Below, piece by piece: positions 31,248 to 44,991 of a stretch of DNA of 64,000 nucleotides. The position numbers and the translations under genes are program-made. Numbering within the stretch: position 1 is the first letter of the stretch; each line of letters begins with the position of its first letter. The stretch is taken from the NCBI GenBank assembly GCA_964016885.1, contig OZ024742.1, positions 242,358,001-242,422,000 of the forward strand. Direction: 5' to 3'. The notes beneath the pieces were generated by a model. That model ran no database searches. It saw only the letters and a program-made list of their open reading frames with translations, and was not told the DNA's origin. This DNA is from Eledone cirrhosa. Its lineage: Eukaryota.

Positions 31248-31838
31248 ATGAGGGGCAGCTACTCCTCTTTGCGTACTACTAGTCTTGATAGATCCATTAA
31301 TGCCTTACCACATGAGCAGACCTTATCTTATAATAACCCTAGGAGTGATGCATCACACATTCACCGGGTCAATAGCACCCGGAAGTGTAACTGTAGAGTA
31401 AGTATTAACTGCCCTGTAAATGGTCACTGCCTCTCTAGGAACATTGTTTATGCTTGTGAAGTTAAGACTAATTCTTCTAATAGCACATATATAGGCTCCA
31501 AATCTAATACTTTTAAAACTAGGTTTAATTCTCATATTTCTAATTTTAAGCATTTTAAGTTTAAGAACTCTACTTCTTTAGCACACCATATCTGGGATCT
31601 TAAAGGGGCTGGTATGCCATATAGCCTTAATTGGCGAATAGTAGCACGCTCTAATAACCTATCAACACACACTAAATTCTGTAATCTCTGTATCCTAGAG
31701 ATCCACTCTATAATTTTCTCTAGGGAAGTTTTGCTTAATAGAAAGTCTGAGATATTTTCTTCCTGCCCCCATGCCATTTCTAATTCTTTCTTCTATTATA
31801 GACCTAAAAGTTCTGGTAGTTTAAATCGTATCCATTAG
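31248..31838 (+). CDS. PLE GIY-YIG endonuclease domain (fragment of the RT-EN ORF)
   Basis: CNCRVSINCPVNGHCLSRNIVY...YIG...FKTRFNSH...LAHHIWDLK...CNLC..E...LLNRKSE...CPH. Confidence 0.88.
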   Translation: MRGSYSSLRTTSLDRSINALPHEQTLSYNNPRSDASHIHRVNSTRKCNCRVSINCPVNGHCLSRNIVYACEVKTNSSNSTYIGSKSNTFKTRFNSHISNFKHFKFKNSTSLAHHIWDLKGAGMPYSLNWRIVARSNNLSTHTKFCNLCILEIHSIIFSREVLLNRKSEIFSSCPHAISNSFFYYRPKSSGSLNRIH

Positions 31839-33454
31839 CTGCTATATTTCCTTATCTTTTTTGTTTAGGTTCATTTTGATTACCATCATCATTATTATTA
31901 TTAGTTTTTTACAGCTTTTCGATTTTAGTTTTCATAGTCTTTTGGCTACCATACCCTATCTATCTTCTTAAGCATTGTTATAGTTTCACTACTAACACCT
32001 TATGAGTTTATATCTTATTAAATACTTGTTTGGAGTCTCATTCAACTAATGAATCTCCTCCTCTACACACTTAATATTCGCCCCTTCTATTATACTATAT
32101 ATAAATTTCACCTATATGCTCCTTTTTATAATATTATATAATATATTGATTTTACTTTTATGCTCCTTCCTATCCTCCATAACCTCTCTTCTTTCTGTTC
32201 CCATTGATCTACCATAGTTCTATTTAGAGTCCATTTATTTGATAACGTTATTCGACTGAACGGAGCATATTTTACTCTATTTTTGATAATTTTATTGAGA
32301 TATCTTAAACTTATACGATTTTGATGACTTAAACTCTAGCCAATTTTGAAGTGACTAAATATGTATTTCAAATACTTTTAATATTAATTAATTTAAAAAG
32401 GTTTTCTAGTCAATTCTCCGGTTTACATTTTTATCTTTTTTTCTTTTACTTAACCGCTTGTGACACCTAAGTAAATATACTTGTTTTTGTTTTTCGATCT
32501 TCGGTTTATTTATTTATTTTTTTTACTACCACACGCTGTCTGTCTGATTCATGTAATTTCATTAATATATGTCTGTGTATGTCAACCACGTAAATATATA
32601 TATTATGCATTTCCTTAGACTCTGTTTGCTATTTGATATTAACGTTGTTATATCATATCATTTTTATGTAATCGTATTATAGATTTTAATATATGTCTGT
32701 TATTTGAGGTACTGTTCTGTTATATTTTGTAATATTTTGTGATATTTTGGTAATATTTATGCCAATGTAAAATAACTTGACCTCCCTGTATTTGTTACAA
32801 TGGTATAGATATTTTTTCAACACAATTTTTTCAACACAATTTAGTTCTATATCATATTTTTTTCTTACCCTGTGTAAAACTTTATACTATTTGTTAACCT
32901 TGAATTATATGTATGATGTAATTTTCTATATCTTTTGATGCCAATATATTATAATATTGTTATTATAATGTTATTATAATGTTTTTATATTGTTTATGCA
33001 CACTGACAGGGAATTATATATTACATTTTATTTTTATTTTTATCTTTATTATATTATACTGTAAACAATATATATATATATATTTAAATACTTAATAAGT
33101 GTTAGTTTGTGTGTGTACTAATGTGTATATGTATAGATATATATATATATACACATATATTAAGCTTTTTATTATCACCATCCATTATATTATATTATAT
33201 TCTATATCGTACTGTGATTCTCGCATTATATTACCATTTGCGTTTCATGTTTTTGCATTATACAATATTTGCAATGTCGGCTCAACATGTTACTCACTTC
33301 CTTGCTATTTGGTCTATATCTATGTTTGTAACTGCTCACTCTTAATCTTAGCAAACTTTTCCTTGATATCTTTCCTAAGCTTTAATAGATGTATACTCCC
33401 TATTCTTCTGAGTTTTTGGCTTGTATTGGCCGATAGTGCTTCTTGTAGCTTTAC

Positions 33455-33496
33455 TTGCCCTGATGAGTCCTTAATACGACGAAACATTGTTGGCTA
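33455..33496 (+). ncRNA. Minimal type I hammerhead
   Basis: GCC-CTGATGA-GTC cttaatac GAC-GAA-ACATTGT-T-GGC, immediately followed by TAATAAA. Confidence 0.82.
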
Positions 33497-33540
33497 ATAA
33501 AGACTTTTGATGTATTGAAGGCTTCTTTGGTTTATTTTTT

Positions 33541-33550
33541 ATAATATATG

Positions 33551-33581
<31 letters not shown>

Positions 33582-33594
33582 GTGTATATACATA

Positions 33595-33625
<31 letters not shown>

Positions 33626-34426
33626 ATATGTATGTATATGTATATATGTATATATGTATATATGTATATATGTATGTATATGTATATATATATGTATATA
33701 TATGTATATATGAATATATATATGTATATATGTATATATATATGTATATATGTATATATATATGTCTATATATGTATATATATATGTATATATATATGTA
33801 TATATATGTATATCTATATATATATATACATATGTATATATGTATATATATATGTATATATATGTGTATATATGTATATATGTGTATATATATATGTATA
33901 TATATGTATATATGTATATATATATGTATATATATGTATATATGTGTATATATATATGTATATATGTATATATATGTGTATATATGTATATATGTATATA
34001 TATATATGTGTATATATGTATATATATATATGTATATATATGTACATATAAATGTATATATATGTATATATGTATATATATATATATGTATATATGTATA
34101 TATATATGTATATATGTATGTATATATATATGTGTATATATATATGTATATGTATATATATATGTATATATGTATATGTATATGTATATATATATATGTA
34201 TATATGTATATATATATATATATGTATATATGTATATATGTATATATATATGTGTATATATATATATATGTGTATATATATATGTGTGTATGTATATATA
34301 TATATGTGTATATATATATATATATATATGTATGTATATATATATGTATATATATATGTGTATATGTATATTTATATATGTGTATATGTATATATATATA
34401 TGTGTATGTGTATATATATGTATATA

Positions 34427-34495
<69 letters not shown>
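33541..34495. repeat. (AT)n/(ATGT) microsatellite
   Basis: Directly visible. Confidence 0.95.
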
Positions 34496-34496
<1 letters not shown>

Positions 34497-34576
34497 GGAG
34501 ATGGGCATATCAATGAATCAACAAGGTAAAATCCATTGCAAAATTATGTTTTCCTGTTTTTTCTCTTCAAGTTCTT

Positions 34577-34792
34577 ACTGCCTGATGAGGTCATAGCTGT
34601 TGAATAATGGCTATCACTAAAATATATATATATATAGCCGCGAATATGAATAAATGAAGCTAATTTTACTCTGTTGACTTACACTTCTTTTTTTTTTACT
34701 TTACTGCGGAATTAATAGACCAATCTGCGCACTTCGTTGAGTGCTCCAGCCGGCATCCTGAGGTGTTGGTAAACAACCAACACATACTCAAA
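34577..34792 (+). mobile_element. Solo PLE tail with degenerate hammerhead (GAA changed to AAA; stem III expanded to ~(AT)7)
   Basis: Homologous to 54979-55160: CTGATGA-GGTcATAGC...GCTATcACT and the shared tail CACTTCGT.GAGTGCTCCA...GAGGTGTTGGTA.ACAACCAAC..ATACTCAA-(AT)n. Confidence 0.75.
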
Positions 34793-35939
34793 TATATATA
34801 TATATATATATATATTATGTATGTATATATATGTATATATATATGTATATCTGGTGTAAGCATGATTATGCACTCGTCAACAATTCCGCGTAAGATATGG
34901 GATCACACAGTTTTGTTTATGGCGGAGTATTATTATAATAATATAACGACAGGGAATCAACAATGATAATTTCCTGGTAGATACATCACCAAATTTACAT
35001 CACTATTATTTATAAAGATGTCAGCTGTCTGATGAAATCGTATCTCAAAATTTAAAACTATGTAAAAGATACAATGGGAATAGGTACAACAGCCATTAAG
35101 TAATAAATAACATATGGTGAAGTATAACTCTATTCTCTTTTACATCATTCTTATATGTGTGTGTGTGTGTGTGATAAAGATAGAGGTGTTCACTATTTCT
35201 ATCAGATAAAAATATATTATACATGTAAGATTAACCGGGGCTCCGAGTTCGAGTTTCTTACACTGATTCATTCATCCATTCAGTCAGATAGATAGATAGA
35301 TAGATAGATAGATATATTTCTTTATTAGCCACAGGGGCACAAAAGAAGGGGACAAATACAAAGGGGGAAGTTTACATACAATAAAAACGTGTAAAATGTT
35401 ATCACAAATGGAATTTAAAAAGTTAGTCGATTTTCCCCAATAGAGAGAGACAGTTTATATGGGTAACACATACCCCCCCAAAAAAATGTGCAACCCTCAT
35501 CTCCAGGAGTACGAAGAGTTTGTACTCCTTTCCTCTCCTCCTTCTTTTCCTTAACCTACAGGCTGATATAGAGAGAAGGCCCATTCACTCGGGCCATTCT
35601 CGCCACTTTCACCCACCTTTCATAAAACTTGCTGGGGTACAGCACCTCTCTCTCCATCCTGATTCTTCTTCCAAAGTGGTATTTGAAAAAAAGAATCAGT
35701 TGTTGGCCGGAGAGAAAGGTGTCTGACCTCAGCCCTTTCAACCTTGTCCACCATACAACCTCTTTCGCCATAGCTATCACACAAAAGGAAAACCGCCACT
35801 CCTTCGTTTTTGAAGGAGGGTGGCTGTTTGATCATGACAATGGACTGGTCCCACCCACGGGAAAGCGTCACAAATGGGTTGTTTAATACACCGTCGATAG
35901 AACAACCCTCAACTACAGGAGCGTGTTGTGCAAGTGCCC

Positions 35940-38900
35940 CTTTCTTCCTTTTGCTCTCTTCTCTAACCTACAGACTTATAAACAGAGAAGCCCCAATCAC
36001 TCGGGCCATTTTCGCTTCATTCACCCACCTGGGGTGCAGTGCCTCTCTCTCCACTCTGATTTTCCTTCTAAAGATGGGAATCAATTGTTGTCCGGAGAGA
36101 AAGGCATCTGTCCTCAGTCATCTCAACCTCGTCCACCATATAACTTCTTTCACCATAGACACTATACAGAGGAAAACCGCCTCTCTTTCGTTTTTGAAAG
36201 GGGCTGGCGGTTTGATCCTTACTATGGACTCGGCAGTCAACTGGATTTGTCCCATACGCGACAGCAGTTGTTCTGCATAGTTTCACAGGTCGGTTACGCC
36301 CGGTCAGTGTACAATTGCGTGCAGGACTGTTTCAATGTCCAGCGCGCATCATGGATACGTCCTCTTGGAAGGATCCCTGCCGGGGCGTCCGTGCCTGTAG
36401 ATCTTGTCACGAACCGGTAGAGCTCTTCGGTAGCACTGCCAGGCCAGGGACCTCTGGAAGTTGGTCCTACCAAACAGACTGGTGAGCACATCGTCTTCGA
36501 CGCCCAGAGTCTCTCCGAGCACGTCGAAGGGTGCTGACATCAGACGGATCTCCTCACCAGCGGAGCCTGCTTCTTCCACAAAAACTGGAAGAGCATGCGT
36601 TCCATCTTGGCGAGGTGTTCACGGGGAAAAGGCACGACAGTCAAGCGGTAGTAGATGACGGACGCTATGAAAGTGTTCGCCACCTCCACTCGACCTTTCA
36701 AGGACAGTTTGCACTCTGCCCACTTCTGGGTAAGCGCAAACACCTTGGCCGTGACCTCGTTCCAGTCTTTCTCCACCTGGAGGTCTGGACCGAACCAGAC
36801 CCCGAGCAATTTCACCGGTCTGTCCGTCCAGCGTCCAATGACGCTGTCGGACGTCATCGGTTTGCCTCTCCACGTACCGAGTTGCAAACCGACAGACTTG
36901 TCCGGGTTTAGTTTTGCTCCCGTCAGCGTTTCGGATTCTTTCAGTAAGTTGCCGATCACCTCGATTTCCGAGGTGCTCGACACCATTACCGTCACGTCGT
37001 CGGCATAAGCCGACGCCGCATTGCGCAGTCCCGGTTCTAGAGGGATGCCCTGCAACAGCTCCAATTTTCGCAGTTGTGGCTCTAGAGTCAATATGTACAG
37101 AATGGAGGAGAGAGGGCACCTCTGTCGAATGGAACGTGTGATTGCGAACGGCTCCGATATGTAGCCGTTCACCTTGACCCTCGAGCCGATGCTGGTGTGC
37201 ATCGCCTCTATCCAGCCTCTGAAAACGGTACCGAAACCGGCCGCCTTGAGAGCCGCTTCCAAGTATCGATGGTCGACCCTATCGAATGCCTTAGACTGAT
37301 CCAAATTGGTCAGATCCCCACCGAAGCCGGGTTTACTACCCAACCCTCTCTATGATGTATCGCATGAGGTGGAGGTTGTCGTGTATGGATCTGGTCGGGA
37401 TTGAACATGTTTGCGCTTTCCCTACCAGCTTCCCGAAGACAAGCGCCAACCTCGTCGCTAGTACCTTGGCCAAAATCTTTAGCTCTGTGTTGAGCAGAGT
37501 TATGGGCCTGAAGTTGTTAAATTCGTCCCTCTTGTTCTCATCTTTCCTGATCAGCGTTACCACGCCCCTGTCTGCAGAACTGGGAATTCTCCCGTTCTGC
37601 TGCCAATTGCAGTAGACGGCTTCGAGGACGCCAGAGAACGAGTCCGGCAAGCCTATGTAAAACTCAGAGGGTAGACAATCTAGACCGGGTGACTTGCGTT
37701 TCCCGCAGCTGCCCAGAGCGTCCCGTATTTCAGTGTACGTGATTGGTCTATCGCAGAACTCGGCGTCCGTGTTCGAGAGACGCGGCAGGCCGTCGAGGTA
37801 TGAACTAAAGTCTATTGCCCCGTTCGGCTGACCGTCGTTCTGCTCAAATAGTCGCGCAAAGTGCTGCTGAAAGGCCGCGCACATTTGCTTGTGGTCAAGC
37901 ACGCCTCCGTTTTGATCTTTCAAAGACCGAATCGTGGACTTGTTGCCACTTTTTGTCTACGCCACTCGGGCCCAGCTGACAGCTTTCGCTCCTTCATTTC
38001 CTAGAGCACGTGTTTTGCTTCTGACCACGCAGCCTTCGTCTTTCGAATCGAAGAACTGGTCCAGTGCCGTTCTCGACGCTAACACTCTAGCGGCGTTGCC
38101 ACTTCTAAGTGCCTCCGCTACCTTGGCTATTAGTTCTCTTTTTAGTTTGTTTTCTCTAAGGCTAACTCTCGGCTAAACCCTATCGATTCTATTCTGATTG
38201 CTTTCTTGAGAGAGTACCACAATCTATTGTTGACGATGGCTCCTGTTAACTGTTGCTTGACTAATCTACTTATCCGTTCACTGTAAGCTTTACGTGCCGG
38301 CAACGACACGTTCAGCTTCCAGTATCCTGGTCCTTGTTTATGTGTTCTATCGCGGTTGACTAAGCAGACGACTAATTTGTGATCTGAATAGGCAACCATG
38401 TGCATTCCTGGACAGCTTAACATCTCCTTGTCCCTTTCTCTAATGAAGAACCTATCTAAATATGATCTAGATGTCCCGCTGCGGTTTGCTCACGTCCACT
38501 GTGGTGAAGTCGGGAAATCCAGTCGATACCTATCGGCCTGTTGGAATTGGCCGATTAAAGTTTTGAGGCGGTTGCACCCCGCTCTACTGGGACATGCTCC
38601 CGCATAGTCCCATCGTGCATCTAGGATACCATTCCAGTCCCCCACTAAAAGTAAGGACCGAGACGTTCCCAGAAAAGACTCTAGAGCTTAAAGAAGTCTG
38701 GCCGTGATTGCGATTGCCCGGTCGGGGCATAAACGGCCACCAGTCTGAAGGCTCCACCTCCAGTACTGTTCACGTCTAGGACTACCAGTCTACTCTCCGG
38801 GTCCAAGTGTACTTGCAGTACTTCGACGTCCAAGTTCTTCCGAAACATGACAGCCACTCCACCCCCACCTCCTGGCTGACAGAGAGATGCGTAGATCTCA

Positions 38901-39064
38901 AAGTCGTCGAAGATGGTGGTTAGTTGCTGCCTGTTGTGGATCCTGGACTCGGTGATGGCTATCACATCCATACCGTGTGACCTAAGGACGTTTAAAAGTT
39001 GGCCCTGTTTCCAGGGCATCCATAGGCCACGCAGATTTACGCTTCTAACTCGTAAACTAGCCAT
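35940..39064 (-). pseudogene. Tx1 ORF2 (APE + RT), several stops/frameshifts
   Basis: MASLRVRSVNLRGL, AVYAP, SDH, GPGYWKLN (APE); [38 protein letters not shown] (RT). Confidence 0.9.
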
Positions 39065-39429
39065 GTTGGTGAAGAAGAGTTGGAGAAAAAGGACGAAAGG
39101 TGCACTTACCTTTTCGTTTCCTGGAGATCGGGTTGTTAAATCTCCATTTGGGTACTGGATGGGGTGTTGGATATGGTGGGGAAACATTTTAACAGGACGC
39201 GGTTGATGGTTTTCTGGCAGGGGTTGCCCACGTGCTGTGAACATTTATTTTTCAGGTCATTATAGGTTTCCATAGAAACCCTTATAAGTTTAAGGTGTGG
39301 AGACGATTCTGCCTTGACGAAAGTTTTGCCCTCCGTCTCCACCCTGGTGTTTTGGGAGATGACCTCCATCAAATTCTTGTTGTTTGTATTAATGTATGTG
39401 TATTGTTGTTTGTTTTTTTTTGTGTTGCT

Positions 39430-40826
39430 TCAGTTTGTTGTTCGTCCGGGAGTATTCTTTTTATGGTGGGTGCTTGTGTTTGGGGTGGTGTTGGTGTTGC
39501 TGGTAGAGGGATGTTTGACTGTGGTGTTTTCTTTTTGTTGTTGTTTGTGTCTGTGGTTGTGTGTTGGGGTTGGTGATTGGAGTTTTGGGGGTTTTGTGGT
39601 GTCTCTTTTTTTGTTTTTTAGATTTCTGTGCTCTGCCTCTTCTTCATTTAAAGAAGGGGAAGCAGCTTCATCCGTCGATGAATAATCATCGTCAGGTGTG
39701 TGGGGTAGTGGTATGTTGTGTGGTGGTGGTGTTTCGGTGTGTGTGTTTGTGGTAGTGTTTGATGGAGTGGGATGGGGTGGGGCTGTGTTCTTCAGGGGTG
39801 TTGTCGCTGTTTTTTCTGTTGTTGTTGGTTGAGTGTCTGTTTGTTTTGGTGTGGTTGCTCGTTTCGTCTGTCGCTGTACTTGTGGTGGTGGTGGTTGTTT
39901 TGGTGTTGGTGTTGGTAATAGTTGTCTTTTAATGATGTTGTTGTTGTGTGTTTGTGAAGGATAAGAGGCTTTTAGGTGTGCTGTGCTACCACAGCGAAAG
40001 CAATGGAATGTTCGTCCTTCTACCGAAATGTTTATTTTGTTGTTATCATCGATGACGACTCTTTCTGGTATTTTGGAGATTCTCTCCGGCCTCATTTGCA
40101 ACAGAACTTCCAAATCAGTACCCGCCCACCTTTGTCGAATATACTTTCGTATCGAAAGAATCATATCAGTTTCTGCTCTACGAAGCCAGCCAAGATCCAC
40201 CAGATGTTAATGTTTGGGGGTATATATTTTTTGTTTGTGTCCTTTTTCCCATCTATGTATGGAAAAAGGTGAATGCATTTGACACCATTGGTGTCACAGA
40301 ATATTTTTGGGTGAGTGCCTCGCTTTTAAATAGTACGGAAACACTTCCGTACTGTTTTCCTCGTTGGAGAAAATCGATGTTTGCTAGAATTTCCTTGAAA
40401 GTAGCTTCTATATCTGCTTGACTAACAAATATCGGCTTTCTCGTGGAATTGGACACAGTCCTAAAGGTGACTGATCTTCGAACTGTGTTGGTGTTGGAAA
40501 TCTCAGTTTCCTCGGTGTTGGAAATCTGTTCCTTGACGAGGTGAAACTTTATGTGATGATGTATCTGTGGAGTTGTTCATGACTTTTTCATGTATATGTA
40601 TGTTAATAGGTTTAATTTCTGTGTTTTCATGTGAGTTAGTGTTATTTTTCTCCGCTTCGACGGTAGAAATTGTACAATTTTCGAGTGGTAACATTTTTTC
40701 CTCTTTGTTGACAGTCGTATCTATGGCGACGTCCATAGTAGCAGAAGCAGATATAACGTTAAAATCTGCCTCTTTCTCTCTCTTTTCTCTATTGACGTTC
40801 TCCAGCGTTTCCTTCGTGTTATTCAT
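39430..40826 (-). pseudogene. Tx1 ORF1 (gag-like, frameshifted)
   Basis: Degenerate CCHC knuckle CFRCGSTAHLKASY followed by a Pro/Thr-rich tail; split across ORFs 40826-40503, 40456-40253 and 40200-39430. Confidence 0.7.
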
Positions 40827-41043
40827 GTTTTATAGTTTGCAAAATTTGATATTTTAAAACAATTTTTAAATTAAATTTTTGCCCTTAAAGGGGCGAAAAA
40901 TGGGATTACCACCCAGCTGACAATTCAGCTTGGGAGTTAATATACAAAATAATATGTCTTTTCAAACAATTTGTTCTGTTTTTCGTATATAAATTTACAA
41001 AAAATCTTACCGGCGATGTTCCACGCGTCAGGCAGAGAGAGAG

Positions 41044-41076
<33 letters not shown>

Positions 41077-41571
41077 TATTTCTTTATTAGCCACAGGGGC
41101 ACAAAAGAAGGGGACAAATACAAAGGGGGAAGTTTACATACAATAAAAACGTGTAAAATGTTATCACAGATGGAATTTAAAAGTTAGTCGATTTTCCCCA
41201 ATAGAGGGAGACAGTTTATATGGGTAACACAGACCCCCGAAAAAAATGTGCAATCCTCATCTCCAGGAGTACGAAGAGCTTGTACTCCTTTCCTCTCCTC
41301 CTCCTTTTCCTCAACCTACAGGCTGATATAGAGAGAAGGCCCATTCACTCGGGCCATTCTCGCCACTTTCACCCACCTTTCATAAAACTTGCTGGGGTAC
41401 AGCACCTCTCTCTCCATCCTGATTCTTCTTCCAAAGTGGTATTTGAAAAAAAGAATCAGTTGTTGGCCGGAGAGAAAGGTGTCTGACCTCAGCCCTTTCA
41501 ACCTTGTCCACCATACAACCTCTTTCGCCATAGCTATCACACAAAGGAAAACCGCCTCTCCTTCGTTTTTG
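41077..41571 (-). mobile_element. 5'-truncated Tx1 copy (3' ~495 bp), near-identical to 35315-35812, bounded by (GATA)n on both sides
   Basis: Direct comparison of the two segments. Confidence 0.9.
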
Positions 41572-41741
<170 letters not shown>

Positions 41742-43252
41742 AGCATCTAAGTTGATCAAATGTATTCAAAAATTGAATTCATACTACAACAGCAGCAACT
41801 ACAACAAAACTCATGAAAAATATTTCAAAATTTCTGAGAATATTATCTCCTGGTTAATGTACTGATTGTTCAATTATGGATTTAGGATGGGCTATGATCT
41901 ATCAACCTACTTAACGGATTGGTCCGCCGTTTGCCGAACGGTTCTACTAATTGTGAGTGGACTATTTTTCGTAAAATTTTAGGAATAATATATTGCAAAC
42001 ACTGAAGATAAATCTTATTCAATACGATACGATACAGCTAGGAACGAGCGATAAGAGGTTTTCAGAAACTCCTGTATGCACTTGAAATCTAATGGTGGGA
42101 TGAAATACATTGAACGGAACGAAGCTAATTTGTACTGAATCCCGTGACCTAATTCCTTATTCTGGAAACTAAAGATTAGCAGATATGATGTTTGAAGCAG
42201 TTGCTGTCCAAATTCGCAAGAAGCAATCTAACTGTGTATAATATACAAATCTATACCAACCTCTCTAACTATCTACCTCCATCTCTCCTTCTTTATTTCT
42301 TTATTTTTCCCACTTTCTTTCGTTCTATCATTTTCATTTTCTTTCTTTCTCCTTTTTCTTTCCCTCTATTTCTTTATTATATTCTTTCTCCATACTCATC
42401 CATCTTTCTGCATTTATTTATCTAGCAATCTATCTGTGATCTTATTTCTTCTCTTTCAATTTACATCACTCTTTCTCTATATACTGCATCAGCATCTTCC
42501 TGCCTCTTCATTGGTCTATATTTTTTTCATATTCTCTTTCAATGTCCTTCTATTTTATCTCATTTATATTTTCTTTATAATTTCTTAGACGTTTTACGTT
42601 ATCTTTGAACAGTCGCTTCTATTTCCTCCGCTTTTTTTGTGTGTGTTTTTATTATTTTTGTTAATTATCTCTTTTCACCATCTCCCACATTTTGTTTATC
42701 TGTCATTTTCCATATTCCATATCTCACTATAATCAATTGCTCATGCTTAGTTAGAATGATTTTAGAAGATAAGAGACTATAGAGATGGGCGGATGTTAAG
42801 AACTCATTTCCATTGCTGAGATAAATCGGTTTTCTACAAAAACTTTTCATATCAATGATAAAGTTCAACAGGATAGAAGTCCTTTTAAAATATTTAAACT
42901 AATTAGTTTCTTAATTATTTTTAATTCATCCTACTTATTACTTATTCTTCAATTCAGTTATTGGACTCTTGCCATTCTGTTGCAATGCATGCGGGGATTT
43001 TTGGTCAATAAAATCTACTTCAGTATTTTCTCGGGTGCATATTCTTTTCTCGATTTCATAATGTAGATCGGGACATATGATCTTAAACAGGAAGAACACA
43101 AATATCACAAAATATTAATGTCCGTTAGTTTCAATGGTTCTACCAGTAATTGTCATTATCTCCTTCTCTCACTCACCCCTCTCTCTCTCGCTCCCCTTCC
43201 GATTGTGTACCGATTGTGTTGTTATTTCTGTTTACCTTTTTCATACATACAT

Positions 43253-43304
<52 letters not shown>

Positions 43305-43356
43305 GAAAAAGTGGACAATAAAATGGTCAACAGTACAAAAAAGGGGATTTATTTGC

Positions 43357-43464
43357 AGTCTAACAATTGTTTCACTGATAAAGTTGTCTAAAATTTGCTG
43401 AATACTAAAAGCAGTGCCACTCAATTTTAAATACAATGTTAGCTATATCAGATCTTCGGAAACT
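43357..43464 (-). ncRNA. Type I hammerhead-like motif (core CCGAAGA, long stem II)
   Basis: rc: AGTTT-CCGAAGA-tCTGATA...TATCAGt-GAA-ACAATTGT-T-AGACT, then AATAAA and a short tail into (AT)n. Confidence 0.65.
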
Positions 43465-43717
43465 ATTAAAAAAATATATATGTAACTGGCAAATTTACAA
43501 ATACATATTACATAATCAATAATAATATTAATAATAAAGCTATAGAGAGAAAAGGAAGACAGGGAGATAGATACAGTAAGGAAAGAAAGGAGAAAGAAGA
43601 AGGAAAAAGAAAAAAAGAAAGAAGAAAAAGGAGAAATTATTATAGATAGAAATATAAAGAGAAGATATATAGAAGATGATGGTAGATAGAGGAGAGACAA
43701 ACATAAGTAGAAATAAC

Positions 43718-43806
43718 TGTTTCTACTTTAGGCACAAGGCCAGCAATTACCCAGTACATTACTGGTACTTTATTTTATCGACCCCGTAAGGATGAAAGGC
43801 AAATTT
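43718..43806 (-). mobile_element. 5'-truncated SINE family A with 18-bp target-site duplication
   Basis: AACATAAGTAGAAATAAC at 43700-43717 and 43807-43824. Confidence 0.88.
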
Positions 43807-44700
43807 AACATAAGTAGAAATAACGTAGGATGGAAAGAAGAATAGAGGGACAAATAAATGAATAAACGTTAATATATGAATAAATGTAAATAAAAATAAA
43901 AATAGATATATAAAAAATATATTTAAAAATATATAAAAAATATATAAAAATTGATAAAAAAATAAATAAATAAATTATATCTAATGTGATATAAAATGGT
44001 ATAAAATGTGAAAACTGAAGAATAAAAATAAATACGTCAAAGGAGTAAAAATGTGCGAAGAATATTTAAACATATTAAAATTATTTAGAATGGTTTTTGA
44101 GAATTGTTGAAATAGATGGAGAGATAATCAGGTGAAAATATGATAATGTTAAATATATTTATGTGTGTAATCGTTATTTTAATAAATAAATTAATTAATT
44201 AGTTTTAAGTTATATTATATTATAAAATAATATGACAGAGATGAAATAAATTTAGGGAGAGAAATATAAAGATAGAGAGTGAAAAATAGAGATATATAAA
44301 ATAAGAATGTAAATATAAGAGGTTTTGATGTTGTTCTTTGATAGATGATGACAATTATAACTATAATTATAATTATAATGATGATGATGATGTTGATAAT
44401 GTGATATCATAATAGATTCAAGTGGTACAATCTGGGTTATGGAATAGATAAGATAGAATTAAGCTGGTCTAAACTTCTCAAATTTAGTCGCCGATTTATG
44501 TCGACAAAAAATAGTTTTTTCAATTTTACTGTTAAGAAGAAATTTGTTGTAATTTAAATTTTGATAGCTTTGTCCAGGTGATTTTATATTCCATGTTTGC
44601 ATCTTTGAGTTGCCAGATTTTATTGGTGAGAGTCGTTGTCTTTGAGAGATTCCTGTTAGTCATAGAGTGTCTATGTGTTTATATATATATATATATATAT

Positions 44701-44991
44701 GAGTTTCCACTTTTGGCACAAGGCCAGCGATTACCCCAGTGCACCACTGCTATTTTATTTTATCGACCTCGTAAGGATGAAAGGCAACGTTAACCTCGGC
44801 GGATTCGAACTCAGAACGCAAAGGGCCATAACTATGCTGCAAAGTAGGGTGTCAGCATAGTTATGGCCCTTAGCGTTCTGAGTTGAAATCCACTGAGGTT
44901 AACTTCGCCTTTCATCCTTACGAGGTCGATAAAATAAAGTACCAGTGGTGCACTGGGGTAATCGCTGGCCTTGTGCCAAAAGTAGGAACTC
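44701..44991. mobile_element. Head-to-head inverted pair of SINE family A copies (palindrome)
   Basis: 44701-44838 (-) and ~44854-44991 (+) are near reverse complements. Confidence 0.88.

Larger units (their letters stand above)
31087..33540 (+). mobile_element. Penelope-like element 2 (5'-truncated): GIY-YIG + ~1.6-kb 3' UTR + hammerhead, flanked by (AT)n on both sides
   Basis: ORF 31248-31838; HHR 33455-33496; UTR homologous to PLE 5 at 61.4-63.9 kb. Confidence 0.85.
35315..41033 (-). mobile_element. Tx1/L1-group non-LTR retrotransposon, apparently full-length but decayed, embedded in (GATA)n
   Basis: ORF1 with zinc knuckle and ORF2 APE-RT; 3' end ...GGCTAATAAAGAAATA then (TCTA)n on the sense strand. 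Confidence 0.88.

Noticed and set aside
35030-35055. CTGATGA motif
   Set aside because: No stem II, no GAAA..UH and no stem I partner
35315-41571. LTR retrotransposon suggested by ~495-bp direct repeats
   Set aside because: Internal ORFs are APE + non-LTR RT; the repeats are ORF2/3' UTR ends without TG..CA, PBS or PPT
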